From: Gammaproteobacteria bacterium | Lineage (GTDB): Bacteria; Pseudomonadota; Gammaproteobacteria; JBCCGL01 | Direction of reading: 5' to 3' | Length of the DNA: 64,000 nucleotides | Assembly (NCBI GenBank): GCA_965277715.1 | Contig: OZ255836.1 | Span: 3,232,001-3,296,000, forward strand | Shown: positions 30,717 to 39,935 of the stretch, one piece after another | Layout: each line of letters starts with the position of its first letter | Position numbering within the stretch: position 1 is the first letter of the stretch | Program-made: the position numbers and the translations under genes | Notes under the pieces: model-generated | Database searches by the model: none | The model's input: the letters and a program-made list of their open reading frames with translations, nothing else | Told to the model about the DNA's origin: nothing

Positions 30717-31259
30717 TCAAAAATTCCGGCGGTTTTTGTCGTTCTTGAATTTTTCTGGAAATAATGTTGCCAAATGGGTTTGTACCGCCTCATAGTCGGG
30801 GGTGACAAAACAGTTGTCTCTGGAATATTCACCGAAGGCTCGCAATACGTCTAAATCTAAATTCCCTTCATTATCGCGAATTTTTAAGCCTTTTAAAGCG
30901 TCGTCGGTCATGCTCATATTGCGGTCACTACGCGCTGCGTCTCCTTTGGGGGTTTTAAGTTGGGCTTGCCAGCGAATCATGTTGAGTTCGTCATCACCGT
31001 AAAAATTTTCGCCGTTGTACCCCGAAAATGCGCCAAAAGTGGCGTTGATAATTTGGGCGGCGTCTTTTAATTTGAGTGGGTCTATACGGCTGGTGGCCGC
31101 CCAATCTAGTTGGGTTAGCGACATTAAATAACCACTTTCTCCGGCTTCTTCGGTCATCGCCCACAGTTGCAATAACTCAGCGGCGAGCGCTTTATCGTTG
31201 GGAGTCCAATCGGTTACTTCTACTTGCCAGCGGTCACCGTGCGAGGTGGTGGCTCGCAT
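30717..31259 (-). CDS. Hypothetical protein, probably a 5'-truncated fragment
   Basis: 180-aa ORF whose frame stays open upstream of the ATG; no motif recognised. Confidence 0.45.
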   Translation of the reverse strand: MRATTSHGDRWQVEVTDWTPNDKALAAELLQLWAMTEEAGESGYLMSLTQLDWAATSRIDPLKLKDAAQIINATFGAFSGYNGENFYGDDELNMIRWQAQLKTPKGDAARSDRNMSMTDDALKGLKIRDNEGNLDLDVLRAFGEYSRDNCFVTPDYEAVQTHLATLFPEKFKNDKNRRNF

Positions 31260-31386
31260 AAACTCATCTTGGCCGTTATCGGAGGTAAACCCTTCCGCCC
31301 AGGGTGAAACTTGAGCAGTGCGCTTTCGGGAAAAGCAAGTATGTACTGTGATCTAGCCGATGAAGCCATGAGATTAAGCAAAAATA

Positions 31387-31930
31387 TTGGCACAGAGTGG
31401 AGCCACGAACAAGTGTAAAAAAAAAGCCAGCGAACTGCTGACAGAAATAAAAAACCGTTTTGAGTATGGCCCAAAATTGAAAGAGTGCGTCGAAATTGCA
31501 GAACGACTGATTAAAGAGTTAGCTTTAGTTGTTTATGGTGCTTGGTTTTATGCAAACCGTGGCCGAAGACGATCCCTATTTTATTAAAAAACTGTCCGCT
31601 ACCGGTATTGGCCTCGATGTTATGTGCGTCAAAATAGCCACCGTGCAAATACTGGGAAATAATCTTATTCACCAGCTTAATCTGGGGGAACTTCGGGTAT
31701 TACTCGGAAACACGCTCGGCAACCCTCAAGACCTTCAATGTTTTTTTCACGCTTCCATGCCAGATTTTATAGCTCTGCAAGCCAAACAAGCCGCAGATAG
31801 GGCAGCCGAAACTGTGATCACGCCTACCATAGAAGATTCCGGCACCACAGGCCGCGAGCAACTAGCACCCCGGGCAGATGAGGAAGTATTTGATAGTAGA
31901 GGGAAAAAAGGGTAGTTGGATTTGTTTTGA
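31387..31930 (+). pseudogene. Fragmented plasmid/ICE-type gene, possibly N-6 methyltransferase-like C-terminal part
   Basis: GLDVMCVKIATVQ..LLGNTL; TAG at 31913 replaces CAG, so the original end was probably GQLDLF. Confidence 0.45.
31848..31930 (+). repeat. 83-bp direct repeat, copy 1
   Basis: 64/83 identical (manual count) to 32581-32663. Confidence 0.85.
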
Positions 31931-31987
31931 GAAAAAAAACAGATTATTTTCTTGACTGTGATCACAACGTATATACAATCACAAATA

Positions 31988-32260
31988 ATGTTAAGTTCAT
32001 TTACTTGGGACGCTGACAAAAACGCTTTGCTACAAGCGGCGCGTGGATTTGGCTTTGAAGACATAGTAGCGGCCATTGACGCCGGTGGGCTGCTGGACGA
32101 CATCGAGAACCCTAGTGGCAACTTTCTGCACCAACGAGCGCTGGTAGTAAAACTAAATGGTTACGCTGTATTTGTGCCTTACGTTATAGAAGGCAGCGCA
32201 AAATTTCTCAAGACGGCTTACTACAGCCGCCGTGAAACAAAATTATATCTCAACCGATAA
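31988..32260 (+). CDS. BrnT-like (DUF497) ribonuclease toxin
   Basis: FTWDADKN..L...RG.GFEDI, VPYV....FLKT.Y.SR. Confidence 0.85.
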   Translation: MLSSFTWDADKNALLQAARGFGFEDIVAAIDAGGLLDDIENPSGNFLHQRALVVKLNGYAVFVPYVIEGSAKFLKTAYYSRRETKLYLNR

Positions 32261-32264
32261 ACCC

Positions 32265-32576
32265 ATGAAAAAACCGATAATCGACCTCGACCCAACCCCG
32301 CTTGACGATGAAGAGCGGAATATTATGGCCGCCTGGAACAACGCCTACGAAAAAGGTACGGTTGTTTCCCAGCTGACGCCGGAACGCAAAACCGAGCTGG
32401 AAGCCACAGCACGAGCTACCATAAACCCACCCAAAAAACACATCTCTACTCGTCTGCCAGAACCAGACCTAGTACGCCTAAAAGCGCGTGCATTGGCATT
32501 GGGTATGCCTTATCAGACGCTTTTGGCGTCAGTGATTCATCGCTACGTTGAAGGCCAGTTGGTAGAAAAAAACTAA
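32265..32576 (+). CDS. BrnA/CopG-like antitoxin
   Basis: ISTRLPE.DL..LK.RA...GMPYQTL..SVIH. Confidence 0.85.
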   Translation: MKKPIIDLDPTPLDDEERNIMAAWNNAYEKGTVVSQLTPERKTELEATARATINPPKKHISTRLPEPDLVRLKARALALGMPYQTLLASVIHRYVEGQLVEKN

Positions 32577-32580
32577 TACT

Positions 32581-32663
32581 CAGACCGCGACCGACCAGCG
32601 CCCTTACCGGATGAGGAAGTGATTAGTAATAGAGGAAAAAAAGGACAGTTGGATTTGTTTTAA
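32581..32663 (+). repeat. 83-bp direct repeat, copy 2 (encodes ...GQLDLF-stop)
   Basis: Aligns with 31848-31930. Confidence 0.85.
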
Positions 32664-33211
32664 GTGGTGTGTTTTGACCCGTCAAAACAAAGTGCCGACA
32701 CTATCCGCGCTATTGGTCAGTTGCTCAATGCCGCCATTTTGAGCCATGTGTTGGGACGGACGCCTTACAAGCGGCAGCCGATTCATTTATTTGTGGATGA
32801 ATGCCAGTATTTCGTTAGCCCGACCATTGCCGACATATTGGGCGAAAGCCGCAAGTTTGGGCTTTATGCCACGTTGGCCACCCAGCGGGTCGAACGGCTT
32901 GATCCCGATTTGCAAGACGCCATTTTAGGCAACGTTGGTACTATTTGGGTGGGGGCTTCGCGTCACACCACCGCCGAAAAACTAGCCAAGGAAACCGATT
33001 TAGGAACGGCGCAGATTCGCACCCTACCTAATTTATCTTTTTTTCGAGTGGTTGGTGATAAACCCACTGTTCGCCAGCGCCTTCGTTTTATCGGTCGCCG
33101 ATTCGCTATGACGCCCAAAGAGTGGGGGAAAGTGACGCGACAGCAGGTCAAAGATTACTATCGCAAACCCTTCCCCCAAAGTGATAGCGAGCAAAAACTC
33201 CATTCTGAAAC
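32664..33211 (+). pseudogene. C-terminal fragment of a VirD4/TraD-like coupling ATPase, cut by IS66
   Basis: HLFVDECQ, ESRKFGL..TLATQ, AILGNVGT; no Walker A motif. Confidence 0.75.
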
Positions 33212-33299
33212 GTAAGCGCCAAAGAATAGGCGTCTACCAATTACTCGGGTTCGCCCCTCACACTGCACCACAGCAACCCAATACCCGCATAGGTGTAGT

Positions 33300-33617
33300 A
33301 TGAGCAATAAAGAACGTGCGTCGTACTGGCGCAATCAAATTGAACAATGGCAAGCATCCGGTTTGAGTGGTGCGAAGTTTTGCCAGGATAACGGCATCAA
33401 CTTGAAACGGTTTTACTATTGGAGCCGTAAATGTTCCCGTAAAACTATTCAAGCAGTGCAGAGTAACATGCCTGTAGCAGGCTTTACCCAAGTGATGGTG
33501 GCTGATAGGCAAAGGGCTGATCCGGGTTTGTGTTTTACGCTGGCCAATGGCTGTGCCATTTCTGGCATTACCGCCGCTAACGTGACGTTAGTTGGCGCGT
33601 TACTGGCGCAGTTATGA
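33300..33617 (+). CDS. tnpA: IS66 accessory protein TnpA
   Basis: W...I..WQASGLS...FC....I....FYYW. Confidence 0.88.
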   Translation: MSNKERASYWRNQIEQWQASGLSGAKFCQDNGINLKRFYYWSRKCSRKTIQAVQSNMPVAGFTQVMVADRQRADPGLCFTLANGCAISGITAANVTLVGALLAQL

Positions 33618-33982
33618 TGGCCCGTTATTTACGGCCATCGCTCGATATTCCAAAGGTGTTTTTATACCGAGAGACGGTGGACTTTCGTAAGCAAAGCAAT
33701 GGCCTTGCGGCCATTGTTGAGCGAGAGCTGGGTCACAACCTGTTTGAGGGTGGCTTATACGTGTTCACCAATCGCCACCGCAACAAAATCAAATGTCTGA
33801 TGTGGGAGGACAACGGTTTTGTACTGTATTACAAAGCCTTGGCCGAAGAGCAGTTTAAGTGGCCTGACCTCGATGAGGAAGTCATATCACTGACCGGCAC
33901 ACAAATAAATTGGTTGCTTGATGGCTATGATTTAGCCGCAATGAAAGGCCACAAAGTATTGCATTACGAATCTGTTTTTTAG
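33614..33982 (+). CDS. tnpB: IS66 accessory protein TnpB
   Basis: VDFRK..NGL, FTNR.R.KIK.L.W..NGF.LYYK.L..F.WP. Confidence 0.92.
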   Translation: MMARYLRPSLDIPKVFLYRETVDFRKQSNGLAAIVERELGHNLFEGGLYVFTNRHRNKIKCLMWEDNGFVLYYKALAEEQFKWPDLDEEVISLTGTQINWLLDGYDLAAMKGHKVLHYESVF

Positions 33983-34049
33983 CCTGCTAAAGGGTGAAAA
34001 AGTGTTTAATTTTAATGATCTTTAGACAGCTATTTGGTATTATTACGCG

Positions 34050-35657
34050 ATGGTTTTGGCATCGGAAATTCAACAAAAACAACGCAATGACACCGGCTTA
34101 ACGGCGGCTGAATTAGTGGCCGTGCTGGCAGAAAAAGAAGCCGAATTAGCGCACCATAACCAAATTATTCAACGTCACAAAAACACCATTAAAAACCGCG
34201 ATCACTACATTCGTTTGCTGGAAGAACGGTTGCGTCTTTCCAAGGTTCAGAGGTTCGGCGCTAACAGCGAAAAGCTTGCCTTCCAGATTGACTTGTTTGA
34301 TGAAGCGGAACTCGAACAAGCCATTGTCGACATTGATAACCAACTACCGGATGAGTTGCTACCTCAGCCTACGACCACGAACAAGAAAAAACGTCAACGC
34401 GGCTTCTCCAACCGTTTACCCCGTGTGCGCGTTGAGCTAGCCTTAAGCGATGAGGAAAAAGCAGGCGCTACACGTACTTTCTTTGTGAAAGTCAAAGAAG
34501 AACTCCAATACATTCCCGCACAACTCAACGTTTTAGAGTACTGGCAAGAAAAGGCCGTCTTCAGCTACGCAGGTGATGACCACATCATCGCCGCGCAACG
34601 CCCCATACACCCTTTGGGTAAGTGCTTTGCCAGCACGGCTCTGCTCGCCAACATCATGGTGTCCAAATACGCCGATGGGTTGCCCTTGTATCGCCAGGAA
34701 AGCATTTTAAAGCGTTATGGACATGCCGTGAGCCGCACCAACATGGCCAACTGGATGATTCGCCTGGAAGATGTCTTAAAACCCCTGATGACCTTGCTGC
34801 GGGAAAGTCAAAATGCCGGTGATTATGTGCAAATGGACGAAACGCGTATCCAGGTACTCAAAGAAAATGGCAAAACCGCCCAATCCGATAAATGGATGTG
34901 GCTAACGCGCGGTGGCCCTCCAGCCCAGCCCAGTGTGTTGTTTGAATACGACCCCTCTCGTTCGGGCGAAGTGCCACAACGCTTACTGGAAGGTTTTCAA
35001 GGCACTCTGCAAGTCGATGGCTATTCAGGGTATAACGGGGTGTGCGAGCAGCAAAATCTGACACGTATCGGTTGCTGGGATCATGTGCGCCGAAAATTCA
35101 TTGATGCCATTAAAGCCGCCGATAAAGCAAACACGAAAAAATGCCGTGCCTCGAAAGCCGATGTCGCCATCGGTAAAATCCGCAAGCTCTATCTCATTGA
35201 GAAAAAGATACAAGCGCTTGAACCCGCAGAAAAACAAAGGCTTCGCCAAGCACTTAGCCAACCGGTGTTGGAAGACTTCAAACAATGGCTGGATAAGCAT
35301 ATTACTAAGGTGGCTAAAAAGTCCCTTACTCGTAACGCCATGGACTATGCACTGAATCAATGGCATACCCTCACAGGCTACTGTGATGATGGACGGTTAC
35401 ACATCAGCAACGTGCTGGCTGAAAATGCCATTAGGCCTTTTGCCGTGGGTAGAAAAGCCTGGTTGTTTGCCGATTCAACCCGTGGTGCCCATGCCAGTGC
35501 CACATGTTACTCATTGATCGAAACGGCCAAAGCTAATGGGCTTGAACCCTATGCGTACATACTGCACGTCCTTAATCATATCGGCAGTGCGGATACTCTT
35601 GAAAAGATAGAGGCCTTGCTACCTTGGCATGTCGTTTTGGACATTACCTTGGAATAG
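34050..35657 (+). CDS. tnpC: IS66 DDE transposase TnpC
   Basis: RFG..SE, KY.DGLPLYRQ, DET, DGY.GY, CW.H.RRKF, N..AEN.IRP. Confidence 0.95.
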   Translation: MVLASEIQQKQRNDTGLTAAELVAVLAEKEAELAHHNQIIQRHKNTIKNRDHYIRLLEERLRLSKVQRFGANSEKLAFQIDLFDEAELEQAIVDIDNQLPDELLPQPTTTNKKKRQRGFSNRLPRVRVELALSDEEKAGATRTFFVKVKEELQYIPAQLNVLEYWQEKAVFSYAGDDHIIAAQRPIHPLGKCFASTALLANIMVSKYADGLPLYRQESILKRYGHAVSRTNMANWMIRLEDVLKPLMTLLRESQNAGDYVQMDETRIQVLKENGKTAQSDKWMWLTRGGPPAQPSVLFEYDPSRSGEVPQRLLEGFQGTLQVDGYSGYNGVCEQQNLTRIGCWDHVRRKFIDAIKAADKANTKKCRASKADVAIGKIRKLYLIEKKIQALEPAEKQRLRQALSQPVLEDFKQWLDKHITKVAKKSLTRNAMDYALNQWHTLTGYCDDGRLHISNVLAENAIRPFAVGRKAWLFADSTRGAHASATCYSLIETAKANGLEPYAYILHVLNHIGSADTLEKIEALLPWHVVLDITLE

Positions 35658-35679
35658 AGGCTGATTTAAGGGCGCTTAC

Positions 35680-36196
35680 CAAGGACAGTGACTGCTATCA
35701 CCACCACTTTCAAATGGCGGATCTTGAACAGCAGCGTGTGCTTTCACCCCACTGCGCTATCCATGTACTGGAACTGGAAAAGTGGCGACGGCACCATAAC
35801 CTTGAAGCAAAAGATCAATGGATGTATTTTTTTAAGGATGCAGACAAATGGGAAGTACTTCCCACAGACCTTGATACCGAAGAAATGAGGCAGGCGATGG
35901 CCATATTGAAACGATTTTCAGAGAAAGAGCAGGATTACCACCTTTACCAGGCCCGGCAGAATATTCTTCGGGAGGAAAAGTCCCGGCAGCGTTCACTAAG
36001 CGAGGCGGTTAAGGCGATGAACGACGAACGCAGACAGAAAGAATCAGAGCGCAGACAGAAAGAGGAGGAGCGTAGGCAGAAATAAGAGGAACGCAGGCAG
36101 AAAGAAGCCGCACTTCAAGAAAAAGAGCGGCTATACGCTTTGTTGAAAAAGGCGGGCATTGATCCTGATCTTGAAGAGGAAGAAAGCGATAACTGA
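35680..36196 (+). pseudogene. 5'-truncated copy of the Rpn gene with an internal stop
   Basis: Near-identical to 37984-38458; starts exactly at the IS66 end; TAA at 36083 within four 21-bp repeats. Confidence 0.9.
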
Positions 36197-36256
36197 TTTA
36201 ATAACCCATTGTACTGACACCTATTGACAGTACAGACACTTAGGAAAAACAAGGCA

Positions 36257-37390
36257 GTGTTAACAGGTTTTTCTATTACTCAACCCCAATTGGCTAAACA
36301 ATGTCAATTTGTTTGGTTGCGTGCGTTATGGGTGCTGTCTGCCTGTCTGTTCCTACCTGCTATTACCTACGCGGTTAATAGTAACCCCCCGCTCAGTTTT
36401 ACCCCTATTCCCGGCGATCCGTTTCGAGACCCTGCAATTCTCGCTGAGCTTGCCGCGCTTGAAGCCACGGTTGATGACACTGATTTGATGTTTGAAGCGG
36501 ACCTGGCATTACGTAACCAGCCCAGGGAGTGGGAGTACATGCTTAAGCCGGATGAGAAGCAAACCCCGATTAATGATTTGCGTTATTACGACAACCGTGA
36601 CCAACTGACCTGGGGACACTTTACTCTCACCAAACAACCCGCTAGTGAGACTGGCCGAGAAGCGGTAGAGCTGTTTCGCCAACTGGCCCAGGGGCGTGGA
36701 GGTGAGTGGCCGAGAATAATTCAACGTTTGGAAAGGGCGCAATCAGAAAATGATCACATTAGTGGTGCGTTGTTAGGTTGGTGTTTTCTGTACGGTTTGG
36801 GTGTTGTGCAAAGTGACGCCCAGGCGTTTGCGTATTTTCGCCGGGCCGTGAAGGCGGGAGAGCCATCGGGGCACTATGATTTGGGTCGGCTGGTGACGCT
36901 TGGCCGAATCGATGCGTTTGAGGCGGGCATGAAAGAGGCGGAGCGAATCCGCGCCAGCGGGGAAGAAGCGCAAGAACTTGAAGAACGCAACAAACAACAT
37001 AAGAAGAACGAGAAAACCTTTCGTAAGTCCTGGCTAAAACAAGGTCGGAACCAAAAGCGCAGCAACGACAACAGCCCACGATTTATTCCACCGCAACCCA
37101 AGAACCCCCTATCGAGTGTACTGACCTTGCCCCTGGCAATGGGGAGCAAGCGGGATAAACCGGAAGAATTAAAAGAACTGGTGAGCTATCACCACTACCG
37201 CAAGGCGGCCAATCAGGGGCAGGCGCAAGCCAGCTATGCAATCGCTTATGGGTATATTTATGGTTGGCCACAATCCCAGTTTCCGTCACTTGATCTCAAA
37301 CGTGGCTGGGAGTGGATGGAAAAGGCGGCGATGTATCAGCTTTATTTGGCTTATAGCGGTTCATTGTCGACGGCACGGATGAAACGCTGA
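36257..37390 (+). CDS. Exported Sel1-like repeat protein, 3' end replaced by an RTX-gene fragment (candidate immunity protein)
   Basis: Signal-like N-terminus; LGWCFLYGLGVVQSDAQAFAYFRRA, YRKAANQG.AQA and WMEKAA Sel1 motifs; GTG 36257. Confidence 0.7.
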   Translation: MLTGFSITQPQLAKQCQFVWLRALWVLSACLFLPAITYAVNSNPPLSFTPIPGDPFRDPAILAELAALEATVDDTDLMFEADLALRNQPREWEYMLKPDEKQTPINDLRYYDNRDQLTWGHFTLTKQPASETGREAVELFRQLAQGRGGEWPRIIQRLERAQSENDHISGALLGWCFLYGLGVVQSDAQAFAYFRRAVKAGEPSGHYDLGRLVTLGRIDAFEAGMKEAERIRASGEEAQELEERNKQHKKNEKTFRKSWLKQGRNQKRSNDNSPRFIPPQPKNPLSSVLTLPLAMGSKRDKPEELKELVSYHHYRKAANQGQAQASYAIAYGYIYGWPQSQFPSLDLKRGWEWMEKAAMYQLYLAYSGSLSTARMKR

Positions 37391-37512
37391 GCATCATCGG
37401 TGCCGATGGCACAGACACGCTACTGGAAGTGGAATACCTGCACTTTCTGGGTGATGTTGATACCGACCTGGTGCGTGTTGACCACCTGATGGTGATGCTC
37501 AAAGACCAACAG
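37374..37512 (+). repeat. 139-bp copy of the giant RTX gene interior (44537-44675)
   Basis: 7 mismatches in 139 bp (manual alignment). Confidence 0.93.
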
Positions 37513-37612
37513 TGTCACCCAAACAATGTTTTATCCTCAATGATGGCTTACACAGACGAAGGTGGTAGACTGGCGTTAGTTATAGCCACTCAGTGCTGCC
37601 AACAAACACACC

Positions 37613-38461
37613 ATGCAACCCATTGACCCAAAAATTGATTGTGTCTTTAAGGCCATCCTGGGCGCACCGGAAAATACCCCACTGCTGATTCACTTTCTCA
37701 ATGGTGTACTCACGCCTGAGAGTCCGATCACAGACGTTGAAATTCTCAACCCCTACAACGAAAAGGAATACCTTTCAGACAAACTCACCATAGTCGATAT
37801 AAAAGCCCGTGATGCGGCCAATAACACCTATCAGGTGGAGCTGCAATTAAATATATTCCCCTATCTACCGGAACGGATGCTTTACTGTTGGAGTGATATT
37901 TACGGTGCACAGATTCAAAGTGGGCAGGACTATCACAAGCTGCAACCCTCAATATCTATCTGGCTATTGGGTGAAAATCTATTCAAGGACAGTGACTGCT
38001 ATCACCACCACTTTCAAATGGCGGATCTTGAACAGCAGCGTGTGCTTTCACCCCACTGCGCTATCCATGTACTGGAACTGGAAAAGTGGCGACGGCACCA
38101 CAATCTTGAAGCGAAAGACCAATGGATGTATTTTTTTAAGGATGCAGACAAGTGGGAAGTACTTCCCACAGAACTTGATACCGAAGAAATGAGGCAGGCA
38201 ATGGCCATATTGAAACGATTTTCAGAGAAAGAGCAGGATTACCACCTTTACCAGGCCCGTCAGAACATTCTCCGGGAGGAAAAGTCCCGGCAGCGTTCAC
38301 TAAGCGAGGCGGTTAAGGCGATGAACGACGAACGCAGACAGAAAGAATCAGAGCGCAGGCAGAAAGAGGAGGAGCGTAGGCAGAAAGAAGCCGCACTTCA
38401 AGAAAAAGAGCGGCTATACGCTTTGTTGAAAAAGGCGGGCATTGATCCTGACCTTGAATAG
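37613..38461 (+). CDS. Rpn-family PD-(D/E)xK nuclease (recombination-promoting nuclease/putative transposase)
   Basis: IDPKIDCVFK.I.G, LNP, VDIKA.D...YQVELQ, R.LY.W, ELEK; C-terminal ERRQK repeats. Confidence 0.9.
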   Translation: MQPIDPKIDCVFKAILGAPENTPLLIHFLNGVLTPESPITDVEILNPYNEKEYLSDKLTIVDIKARDAANNTYQVELQLNIFPYLPERMLYCWSDIYGAQIQSGQDYHKLQPSISIWLLGENLFKDSDCYHHHFQMADLEQQRVLSPHCAIHVLELEKWRRHHNLEAKDQWMYFFKDADKWEVLPTELDTEEMRQAMAILKRFSEKEQDYHLYQARQNILREEKSRQRSLSEAVKAMNDERRQKESERRQKEEERRQKEAALQEKERLYALLKKAGIDPDLE

Positions 38462-38519
38462 GTTATTGAGTGACAGATTAGCTCAGCAAGCAAAATATGA
38501 AGTTGCTCTCTATGCTTAA

Positions 38520-38747
38520 ATGTCTACTATACCTACTGCTGTCGACTATGGTTTTTTATTGGTTGGCATTTATAACAGACCCGATGAACGAGGCCTGTCA
38601 AATACTGATTGGACGTCATATGGAGATGACGGAGATAGACTCAGTTTCGGCCTAAGAATCCAAACCTACCAATACACAAACTACCCAAATCATGTGGTCT
38701 TTACAGTTGGCGGCACAGATTTTTGGTTTGGATGCGAGCTTGAGTGA
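38520..38747 (+). pseudogene. Truncated N-terminus of a lipase-like (alpha/beta hydrolase) secreted protein
   Basis: Y...IY ... GL....Y...NHVVFTVGGTD resembles the 'vViafRGT' strand of lipase-3/DUF2974 domains; degenerate RTX-like GNAADDNI follows. Confidence 0.45.
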
Positions 38748-39080
38748 TGGTGTGGAACAGAGTGAAACGGGGGCGAAGTACGCACGACCGTCTCAGGTAA
38801 TGCGGCAGATGATAATATTCACTGCATGAGTAAAAGACGTGAACTTATCCTCATCAATGAAGTTGGCACCTATTTATTCAGGCAGGCAGCTTGACAGATT
38901 GCCCGACCATCAAAACGTAAAGTTGCTCTTTATGCATTGAATTATAAGCAATAATTGAGGTAAGCTTGATTTCCGTTTTGGCCAGTAGAGGTAAGTTGGC
39001 CAGGGGAACAAAGCGACAACTGATTCGATGACCCACAGCACCCGATGCTACAGGTGCGACAAACACAGGAAAACAAGGCA

Positions 39081-39921
39081 GTGCTGAAAGGTTTTTCAAT
39101 ACAACAATTCAGATTGATTTGGGTACTGTCGATGCTAGGTGCCTGTCAGCTTGCGTTAGCCACTCAGTCGGCGAGTATCGAGCACCCCATCCAATATAGT
39201 TCTGGCGAGATTAAACCAGCATCCACAACCACCACATCTGATTTATTGATATTTGGAGCACAGCGTATGGATATCTCCCAAGAATTGGCACCCCCCAAAA
39301 CCACCCTGGCACTTAGAGAGCGGTATACAAAAGATATCACGATCATGCATGTTTATCTTGAGCAAAAAGATAGGCGTGTTTATTTTGAAGTCCCCAGAGC
39401 CTATTTTTACTGGCAACTAGATAAGATAAAAGACGGTGCGAAACTTAACAACATCAAGATCATAGCAGCGATTAATGAGGGCATGATACCCTGGTCACTG
39501 GCAAAAAAGTTCACTAAAAAAAAAATCACACGATGATATCGCAATTCAAATTGGGCTGAGTCGGCCCGGCTACCCCATTAAAAACTCTGCAATACCTCGC
39601 ACTGTTGCTAAATTTTCCAAAAATTACTGGGGAATTTATAGAGATGAGTTCGAGCGATATGATAGAAACATAATAAAAGGCAATAAGAAACCAATTACTT
39701 TCTTTTTAGTCCCAACAAAACCAGAAAAACCAGTTCTATATTTAGATTGCCCTAATATTGGCAATCCAAAAGCTGTAAATTGTACAGTAACAAGTGATTT
39801 TTCTGACGGCCTATCTTACAAATTTTCAATACCCTTAATATACGTTAATGATGTCTACGAATGGGATAAAAAAGTGCGCAGCTTGATACAGTCATTGATA
39901 GCGCCTTCACAGACAGGCTAA
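39081..39921 (+). pseudogene. Exported protein gene split by an A10 tract (39516-39525); candidate cognate immunity gene of the giant RTX protein
   Basis: With A9 the frame continues SHDDIAIQ...LDCPNIGNPKAVNCTV...YEWDKKVRSLIQSL to TAA 39919, 14 bp before the giant ATG. Confidence 0.75.
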
Positions 39922-39935
39922 GGAACAGGTTAAAA

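Larger units (their letters stand above)
33212..35679 (+). mobile_element. IS66-family insertion sequence (2,468 bp), no target-site duplication
   Basis: Ends GTAAGCGCC / GGCGCTTAC; tnpA-tnpB-tnpC; flanks TCTGAAAC and CAAGGACA differ. Confidence 0.93.

Noticed and set aside
35624-36085. 153-aa ORF as an independent gene
   Set aside because: Chimera of the IS66 end and the truncated Rpn copy
36026-36109. CRISPR-like short repeats
   Set aside because: Contiguous 21-bp coding repeats without spacers; no cas genes or arrays seen anywhere in the window
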